A stretch of 64,000 bases of DNA from a virus. Lineage: Duplodnaviria; Caudoviricetes. The DNA lies in the IMG/VR virus record IMGVR_UViG_3300006851_000007, positions 32,001-96,000 of that record; one strand, written 5' to 3'. The translations under genes and the position numbers were made by a program. Below are positions 57,462-64,000 of this stretch, piece by piece (within the stretch, counting starts at the first letter, position 1; each line of letters opens with the position of its first letter). Below the pieces are notes generated by a model. That model was not told the DNA's origin. It searched no databases and was given only the letters and a program-made list of their open reading frames with translations.

Positions 57462-57491
57462 ATTATACCGCTAAACCGCGGATAATTTAGC
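57462..57491 (-). promoter_or_regulatory. GCTAAAT-class promoter of the tRNA cluster
   Basis: GCTAAATTATCCGCGGTTTAGCGGTATAAT; flanked by inverted repeat GGGTGCTAA/TTAGCACCC. Confidence 0.75.
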
Positions 57492-57632
57492 ACCCTATAT
57501 AGTTAACCCTTGTGTGTCAAGGGGTTGTTTTTGAGTCCAGCGCAGGCCGGTGCTGGACTCTATCAAATAACCCCCATCTACTTTGGAGATGGGGAACCAA
57601 TTACACTTATTACACTTATGATACCGACAAGG

Positions 57633-57857
57633 CTATTTTGTCTTGTCGATATCGCCCAGGACTTTGCCCGGACGGTACCCCCTCGGATGAGGGGTAAGGA
57701 GACAGCGGTACATCGCTGCCTCCAGAGAGCTTTGGGAGCACCAGGATGGGTCACCATCCAGATACTCCCTTAGGAGAACCAATTCTTTTAGGGAGATGTT
57801 TTCAAACATCTCCCGCCTCCTGACCTCTGCATCAAAAACATCATTAAGGTCTATCAT
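57633..57857 (-). CDS. small hypothetical protein
   Basis: MIDLNDVF start after AAGGAG. Confidence 0.55.
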   Translation of the reverse strand: MIDLNDVFDAEVRRREMFENISLKELVLLREYLDGDPSWCSQSSLEAAMYRCLLTPHPRGYRPGKVLGDIDKTK

Positions 57858-57884
57858 ACATCTCTCCTTTTGGCCTGCACATAT

Positions 57885-57915
57885 ATTATCACTCATTTTC
57901 ACCCCATCATTTAGC
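57885..57915 (-). promoter_or_regulatory. GCTAAAT-class promoter, back-to-back with + strand TGGTATAAT (57916-57924)
   Basis: GCTAAATGATGGGGTGAAAATGAGTGATAAT. Confidence 0.6.
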
Positions 57916-57949
57916 TGGTATAATGAGTGTTATTCCGAGCAGGTGAACC

Positions 57950-60900
57950 ATGAATTTTGATCAATACGACAACCAACTTCAGGACAACTTTGTATCATCC
58001 CAGCAAAGCCATGGTATGGATGCGGCTGTTAGAGATATATCCAGGGCTGCTCAAAACATCACCACAAGCTCGACAAGCCAGGCTAGACATAGCCAGTCTC
58101 TAGCACAAAGCGTCCAAATGACGCAGATGCAAATATCTAGCCTGACAAACCAAATTCAAGTACTCGTCAACCAGATGAGGATGGATGGCATTAGGCAATC
58201 AACAGCCATGTCCACCCCACCTCCAATGCCCATGCCGATGAGTCCATCCCCAATGGCTGGGGCGTACCATCATGATCCTGGTGTATTCCAGTCCATGGTT
58301 ATGCCTATGGCTAGCTCATTTGCCAACCAGAGGTTCGAGAGGATTGGTGGAGCAACCGAGCTGCTCGGTCACGGGCTGCAGTCCGGATATATCGGCACTC
58401 AGCACACGAATGTCGGGTTAGGCCTGGGACCCTTGCCAGGCATGCTTGACAGCCAGTCTGGCATCATATCTTCAGCGCTTAAGGAGGGAGCCCTGTTTTG
58501 GAACCCTGCCGCATCCAGACAATATTCTCTTGGTCAGTTTCAGAGAGCCAGGAGTTTTGGCATGCAGCAAGGTATAGGCGACCTTATGTCTGGAGGAGCC
58601 TCGCTGGGGTTCAGCCTCCTGTCTGCCAGAAATCTTGCCAATATCGCTTCCTTAAAACTTGGACCACTGGGTAAGATTGCATCAATATTTGGTATACCAG
58701 GTATGTTGGCGGCTCCGCTTGATGTGGCGAACCCTTTTGCGTTCCTGGGGTCTGAGATGGAAAGATCTATGGCCTTTGAGGGCGGCGCTCAAAGGGGTGC
58801 TCACCACTTCCTCAGGGGAAGGGTTAGCGATATGCCGGGACAGTGGACCATAGCGGAGCAGAAGGAGTTGGGACAAAGACTGAGGAGGTTAACCCTCGAA
58901 GACCTCACTTACGATACAGATGAAATCGTTGATATACAGTCAAGCCTTGCTGAAAGTGGCCAAATGAGAGGTGTTCAGACTATTGAACAATACGAAAAAA
59001 GATTCAAGGAGGCGATGTCCGTTCACAGGCAGGGCATGAAGGTGTTAAACCTTTCCAATCAAGAAATGATTGAACAAATGGAGGTCATGTATCGGGACCT
59101 CGGCATGACCCACAATGAGATGGGCGGCATGATAAGTAAGCTGTATGCCGGAGCTCACGTCACCGGAATATCTCCTGAGCAAATGGCTCAAGTGATGCAG
59201 GCTGGCGCCGGAAGGTCCAGACAGATGGGTTTACTCTCCAGGACGGGAGCTCAAGCAGCCCTTCATGCCAGCATGCTTGGGTCCACGGCCGCTACCATGG
59301 GTATGAATCAGGGTTTACTCGCTACCGTTGGTGGTGAATCCGGACTTGCAGACATAATCCATGCAGCCCAAATGAATTTTCTTTCTGGCAGTGGGGGAAC
59401 GATGATGCTTCTCGGAGGATCGTACGGACAGGACATTGCCGGGGGTATAAATAGAGCTGCTGGGGGTATCCAAACCAGGGGTCAGCTACTTGATTTTGTC
59501 GCCAATAGACACACAGGTATTGACGGTATCGACAGTGTTGAAACTCAACTTCAAATGTTTTCACACATTTCGGGGGCCGTCGAGCAGATGGGTTTGGGTG
59601 GATCTCCAGACGAAAAGGCGAATGCCATGAAAATTGTGGCACAAAGCATGTTCGGGTTAGACGGCCCGTCCGCCGACGCCCTTATTCAATCGTTTGCAAG
59701 CCTTCCTGAATCTATTGAGAGCAGAATCCGTCTAGAAAATCAAGCGAGGCTGGACTATGAGCTCGATATCCATAGAGAGCAAAGATCTCCGATTAATAGA
59801 ATGAGGAGAGCGAGAAGAAGGGGTTTCGACAAGGTAGCCTCACCCACCTTAAGTTACGCAGGCAGCCTGACGTCATCTGTCTCTGGCTCGATGTCTGAAG
59901 CGATTAGAAATATGTCCGATAGGTGGCATGGTGTTGGTGGCAGATCCCATTTCAATATGGATAACATCTCCAGGATAGAGGAAGATTTTGAGGAGATGCT
60001 ATTCTCAGACCCACTCATGAACTCATCAAGCATAGGTGAGGACCTGCTGGATCTCCTGGAGCTACCATCCACGGGTAGAGATGCTGGATATCATTTTAGG
60101 GGCCTCCACATAGGAGAGGCGAGAGACCTGCAAAGAAGGCTTCGGAGAGATCTTGGCAGAGAGGTTTCCCATGAGGAGGTTGCATATTTTATAAGAGAGA
60201 GCAATCCTAATAATACCGGGGATAGTAAAGCTTCTGAATATTTAAACCTTGTCGGGGAAACTGGAATGGCGGCCGCGCTAGAGCAATCGTCTGTAAGCAA
60301 GGAAGAGGTTGTAAAAGGATTTAAAAAACAGGTCCGCAGCCTCTCCATGGCCGTACCTCTACCTAATGAGGAAAGGTTATTATCAGCACTTTCTCGAGAG
60401 AGTATGAGAGAACTGTCCGAGGCTCTAGAGTGGTTTGTAATACATAAAGGGGGAGAGAGGGCCCAGCCGCACGCAGACAAAATATTGTCATCTTATCAAA
60501 AAATAATGGACAGCGGAGACCCCGACCTCATTCAGACCGCAAAGGCAACTATGAACAACCTTGGGGTTTCAATTGATGGTGATAAGGTTGTGTATGAAGA
60601 CGGCGCAGGTAGAAAGTTTCTAGAGTTGACCACCCGGGGAGAATCTCGCACAGCAAGAGCCACCCTGTTTAGAAGATCCGCCGAGCTTGCGTCAGGAATA
60701 CTCAGCAGTGAGGCGGTATCCCACTCTATAGCTGACAGCCTTGGGAGCGTAGGCGTCACTTTAGACACGGATGAATTTTTTAAACACGGTACACCCAACA
60801 TGAGGGAGCTAAGAAGAACTATTGAAAATCTCAGTGAGGGGGATATCGAGAGGCTTAGGAGTCAAGATGATGCCATTTCTAGAGCTTTGATTACATTCCA

Positions 60901-61144
60901 TCAAAGCGATAGCGTAACTGATGAACAATATATAGACCTTGCTAAAGCTCTCGCTGTGAATAATGCCTCAGCGTCCATTGGAGACAGGGTGGGTGGTCCT
61001 GGAAGTTCTCACCTTTATGCAGGGGATAACGAAACCAACTTTATACGCCTGGCTCATGAAAATAATCAAATCAGCCAATCTCTACTCAATGCAGTACTGA
61101 GACAAAACGAATTACTTGAAGCCATTAAGAGGCGACAGCAATGA
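57950..61144 (+). CDS. tape measure protein (probable)
   Basis: 1064 aa, Ala/Gly/Gln/Met-rich helical, with a hydrophobic segment; after the tail chaperone and before baseplate genes. Confidence 0.75.
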   Translation: MNFDQYDNQLQDNFVSSQQSHGMDAAVRDISRAAQNITTSSTSQARHSQSLAQSVQMTQMQISSLTNQIQVLVNQMRMDGIRQSTAMSTPPPMPMPMSPSPMAGAYHHDPGVFQSMVMPMASSFANQRFERIGGATELLGHGLQSGYIGTQHTNVGLGLGPLPGMLDSQSGIISSALKEGALFWNPAASRQYSLGQFQRARSFGMQQGIGDLMSGGASLGFSLLSARNLANIASLKLGPLGKIASIFGIPGMLAAPLDVANPFAFLGSEMERSMAFEGGAQRGAHHFLRGRVSDMPGQWTIAEQKELGQRLRRLTLEDLTYDTDEIVDIQSSLAESGQMRGVQTIEQYEKRFKEAMSVHRQGMKVLNLSNQEMIEQMEVMYRDLGMTHNEMGGMISKLYAGAHVTGISPEQMAQVMQAGAGRSRQMGLLSRTGAQAALHASMLGSTAATMGMNQGLLATVGGESGLADIIHAAQMNFLSGSGGTMMLLGGSYGQDIAGGINRAAGGIQTRGQLLDFVANRHTGIDGIDSVETQLQMFSHISGAVEQMGLGGSPDEKANAMKIVAQSMFGLDGPSADALIQSFASLPESIESRIRLENQARLDYELDIHREQRSPINRMRRARRRGFDKVASPTLSYAGSLTSSVSGSMSEAIRNMSDRWHGVGGRSHFNMDNISRIEEDFEEMLFSDPLMNSSSIGEDLLDLLELPSTGRDAGYHFRGLHIGEARDLQRRLRRDLGREVSHEEVAYFIRESNPNNTGDSKASEYLNLVGETGMAAALEQSSVSKEEVVKGFKKQVRSLSMAVPLPNEERLLSALSRESMRELSEALEWFVIHKGGERAQPHADKILSSYQKIMDSGDPDLIQTAKATMNNLGVSIDGDKVVYEDGAGRKFLELTTRGESRTARATLFRRSAELASGILSSEAVSHSIADSLGSVGVTLDTDEFFKHGTPNMRELRRTIENLSEGDIERLRSQDDAISRALITFHQSDSVTDEQYIDLAKALAVNNASASIGDRVGGPGSSHLYAGDNETNFIRLAHENNQISQSLLNAVLRQNELLEAIKRRQQ

Positions 61145-62490
61145 GTATATTATCCAAGATATTCCCAGATTCTTCTGGAGACACTACCATATTTGGTCCT
61201 AACGAACATGTGGATACTTCAATAGCCATATCCGCCCACCAGGCAATGAAGGGTGGGATGTCTGGCGGAGGTGGTATCACGTCAGATGTGCCGACGTATG
61301 GCACCCTTGGTGGGGTCAATATAGGTAAAACAATAGCCCTGTCAGAGAGCTATAGAGCCAACCTCCTCAGGCATCATGGGAGAGATATAAGATTTACGTC
61401 AACTGGAGACTATGCAATAGATACGGGAATCAAAAAAGGGTCTAAAGTTATCGTCAAGATCGTCCCAGAGTCTGACAATCTTGATGGATCGTGGGACGAT
61501 AGAATAAGAGCTCAGGCATCCGGAGGTACTGTGGTGTTCCCACACTTTTCTGTGGCTAACATAAACCAAACAGAAAACGCAAGGATGCAAATACACGAAA
61601 CTTTTGGGGCTGACTTTATCCAGTCTTTCGGAGACAGGCCAGTCATGATCAGCCTGTCCGGGTATATCCTGAACGGAAATATAGAAGTTAGATATGGCAA
61701 CGAAATAAGGAACATGGACTGGAAAAACGCCTTCATGAGGCAATATAAAAACAGATTTTCTTTAACCAACTGTGTAAAAAATAGAGAAAAAATAAGAATA
61801 TTTGCTGAGGATACCATATGGGACGGGTACCTTATTAACCTCACATCAAACGTCACCTCAGAAATGCAGTCTGGAGCCCAGGTCTCATTCACCATGGTTC
61901 TGGCTGATGAGGGCTACTCTTCTAATATGGATCAAAATATACCAGGATTTGTTAGAAGCGATGGTTCTGGTTATATATACGACACCCTGGCTAGAGAGGT
62001 GTCGCTGGAGGAGTACTTTCAGGCAGATTACACATCGGAGGTTGAAAGAGAAATAGGGTGGCTCAATACAGAAATAGATAGATTGAAGCGTGAGATAGAG
62101 ATGGAAGCAAACAACAGTAGGCCTCTAGCATCTCTTGAAGGTATTGACACAGACTCTTATTTTACATCCGAAGGGGGCGTAGTTATGCACCAAGCCCTAA
62201 AGGGGTCTGACATAGAAGATCTTGTAACGAGCTCAGACAATCAGGTGAGAGAGTCCGCCTCAATGGTGCTGGAGTACAATAAAAAATTTCACAACTCATC
62301 AAACTCCCTGGAGCTAGAGCCCCTGCCGGGAGATGCTAGTGACGATCAGGTCGGTGAGTTTAAACGCATATCAGATTTTGTGGCCCTCGCTAATGGTAAA
62401 TCTCTCATATCCACTTTCAGGGTGGAGTTTATCAACAGTTTGTGCGAAAATTACATCAAACGGATTAATGAATTGAGGATTTTATCATGA
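61141..62490 (+). CDS. baseplate/tail-tube initiator-like protein
   Basis: Follows the TMP; tube-like segment IHETFG..FGDRPVMISLSGYIL..VSFTMV. Confidence 0.5.
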   Translation: MSILSKIFPDSSGDTTIFGPNEHVDTSIAISAHQAMKGGMSGGGGITSDVPTYGTLGGVNIGKTIALSESYRANLLRHHGRDIRFTSTGDYAIDTGIKKGSKVIVKIVPESDNLDGSWDDRIRAQASGGTVVFPHFSVANINQTENARMQIHETFGADFIQSFGDRPVMISLSGYILNGNIEVRYGNEIRNMDWKNAFMRQYKNRFSLTNCVKNREKIRIFAEDTIWDGYLINLTSNVTSEMQSGAQVSFTMVLADEGYSSNMDQNIPGFVRSDGSGYIYDTLAREVSLEEYFQADYTSEVEREIGWLNTEIDRLKREIEMEANNSRPLASLEGIDTDSYFTSEGGVVMHQALKGSDIEDLVTSSDNQVRESASMVLEYNKKFHNSSNSLELEPLPGDASDDQVGEFKRISDFVALANGKSLISTFRVEFINSLCENYIKRINELRILS

Positions 62491-63392
62491 ACGCGGTTAT
62501 GGTGACCCCTGAGTCCGGGAGTGTGAATATCAACCCTGAGACAGAAGTGGTGGTTATATTTAAATATGGCTCCATGCCTGATGTTAATATTAAGATTAAT
62601 GGTGAAGATGCTGTTATTGATGGAAAGACATGTAAAGGTTTTGTAACCCTGTCGTCTAAAGAGTTTGACGATAAGATCATATGGTCTTTGAGAAAGGTGG
62701 GAGGGTTTCCACAGGGTAGCGTTCTAGTGCAGGCGTCAACGTCTCCATTTTGCTATACCGTAAGTCAGCACTTTTTTACACAAGGGGCAAAAACTGTAGC
62801 CAACTTTTATACCCATGGCCAAAGGTGGGCACCGACAAGAAGTGGAGTTTTTGTATCAGATGGAACCCCGTCTAGATATAATGTTGATGTTGAGGCATTC
62901 GTTCCAAGGAAAGTTATCGATAAGTACCCCAAGTTTGACTTTGGCATCAGAGAAGACTCGTGGGTGTTTGTGGGATGTGCCAACAACGATGTGTTTATCA
63001 TTTCTAATGACTTTGAGACAACCATACCGTTTAGCGCCGATGCAGTTTCAGTATGTAGAGACAATATAAACCTTCACTTAAAAGATGGCTCCACCGCCCA
63101 CTTGCCATTCGGGTATCTGACTAAAAGCATGGACGACGGGTGGCTTATAAAAGAGTCTTTTGGTAAGAAGAATTCGGAATTTTACGATAACCTTGTGGTA
63201 AAATGGGATAATGACGGGTTTGTTTCATGCAGAAACATCAACCCATTGACAGGAAGGTCGGATGATATGCTTTGGACCTCCAGTGACATCGGAAGCGAAA
63301 TAAAAGCACTCAGTATTGTCTCAGACGACCTCATTCTCGTAAATGGTTCCGTCATTATTGACGCCAAGAATCCGGAGGTCTCCTACTTATGA
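62487..63392 (+). CDS. virion protein with Ig-like N-terminus
   Basis: VTPESGSVNINPETEVVVIF pattern. Confidence 0.5.
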   Translation: MNAVMVTPESGSVNINPETEVVVIFKYGSMPDVNIKINGEDAVIDGKTCKGFVTLSSKEFDDKIIWSLRKVGGFPQGSVLVQASTSPFCYTVSQHFFTQGAKTVANFYTHGQRWAPTRSGVFVSDGTPSRYNVDVEAFVPRKVIDKYPKFDFGIREDSWVFVGCANNDVFIISNDFETTIPFSADAVSVCRDNINLHLKDGSTAHLPFGYLTKSMDDGWLIKESFGKKNSEFYDNLVVKWDNDGFVSCRNINPLTGRSDDMLWTSSDIGSEIKALSIVSDDLILVNGSVIIDAKNPEVSYL

Positions 63393-64000
63393 GGAAGCCT
63401 GTATACGCAGATTTTGTAGAGGTTCGAGTTTTTATTGAGGGTGTGCTGTTTCCTTATGCCAAGAGTATATCCGTATCTAGCACAAGAAGTTCCGTGTCCT
63501 GCAGTATTGAAGTCCCTCCATCAATAAAACTAAGACCCGAGGAGTGGGCTGGTGCAACCTGTCACATATTTTACGCAAACAAAAGAGTGTATGATAAGTT
63601 CGGACCATCATCGCCGAACTCTATCTCAGACTGGCCCATTCTGTTTCAGGGGGAGCTTGTTGGATCCTCCCATCAAAATACCGTTTCTAGTGAAAATGTT
63701 GTTCTCGAGTTTACGGGACATTCTAAACACTTCGACCAAACGCTGTTATTTTACTACTCTCCTGATAGGGAAAACCCTCTCAACGTCATCAATCAGGCGA
63801 TGTTTCTTGGCAATACCCAGATAGACCTAGATTTTTCTGGCGTTATATCAAGAACATCAACCATTCTTGCGACCCTTCAGAACCGCTTAGACAAGATTGA
63901 TAGCATAGACACAAACAGGAATATAGCTTTTACGTCCATTATTCTTGATATTTTAAGACAGGCTAGAGACAGACATATAACATTTAAGATATTCGACGAT
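63389..64000 (+). CDS. partial ORF, probable baseplate hub protein (runs off the window)
   Basis: MRKPVYADFVEVRVFIEGV..SCSIEVP..ILFQGELVG; stop-free to the window end. Confidence 0.55.
   Translation, partial: MRKPVYADFVEVRVFIEGVLFPYAKSISVSSTRSSVSCSIEVPPSIKLRPEEWAGATCHIFYANKRVYDKFGPSSPNSISDWPILFQGELVGSSHQNTVSSENVVLEFTGHSKHFDQTLLFYYSPDRENPLNVINQAMFLGNTQIDLDFSGVISRTSTILATLQNRLDKIDSIDTNRNIAFTSIILDILRQARDRHITFKIFDD

Overview
This window is a 64 kb segment of a large tailed dsDNA bacteriophage with a contractile (myovirus-type) tail. It uses the standard bacterial code, with Shine-Dalgarno-led and tightly overlapping genes. Layout: (1) 1-12 kb, replication and nucleotide metabolism: AAA+ ATPase, DnaE, two DEDDh exonucleases, SSB, HU, ThyA, DHFR, dNMP kinase, class II RNR. 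(2) 12.5-41 kb, a dispersed head module: probable portal, a single-chain fused beta-beta' RNA polymerase, terminase large subunit, Zn-containing prohead protease and major capsid protein. Many proteins here share a recurring K-x-A motif, including a family of small glycine-zipper proteins with a common N-terminal leader. (3) 41-49 kb, neck, sheath, tube and an M15 peptidase. (4) 49.4-55.8 kb, a minus-strand island with an apparently self-contained ubiquitin-like conjugation operon: tandem di-Ubl precursor, E2-like, JAB, E1, second E2-like. (5) Tail chaperone with a -1 frameshift, three tRNAs (Arg-UCU, Arg-CCU, CAU/Ile2-like) in a hairpin-rich region, tape measure and baseplate genes. The best candidates for new biology are the phage-encoded Ubl/E1/E2/E2/JAB system, the K-x-A processing/capsid-targeting signal with its glycine-zipper cargo, and the minimal fused RNAP with a GCTAAAT-N17/18-TATAAT promoter class. 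All calls come from motif recognition by eye; no database searches were run.
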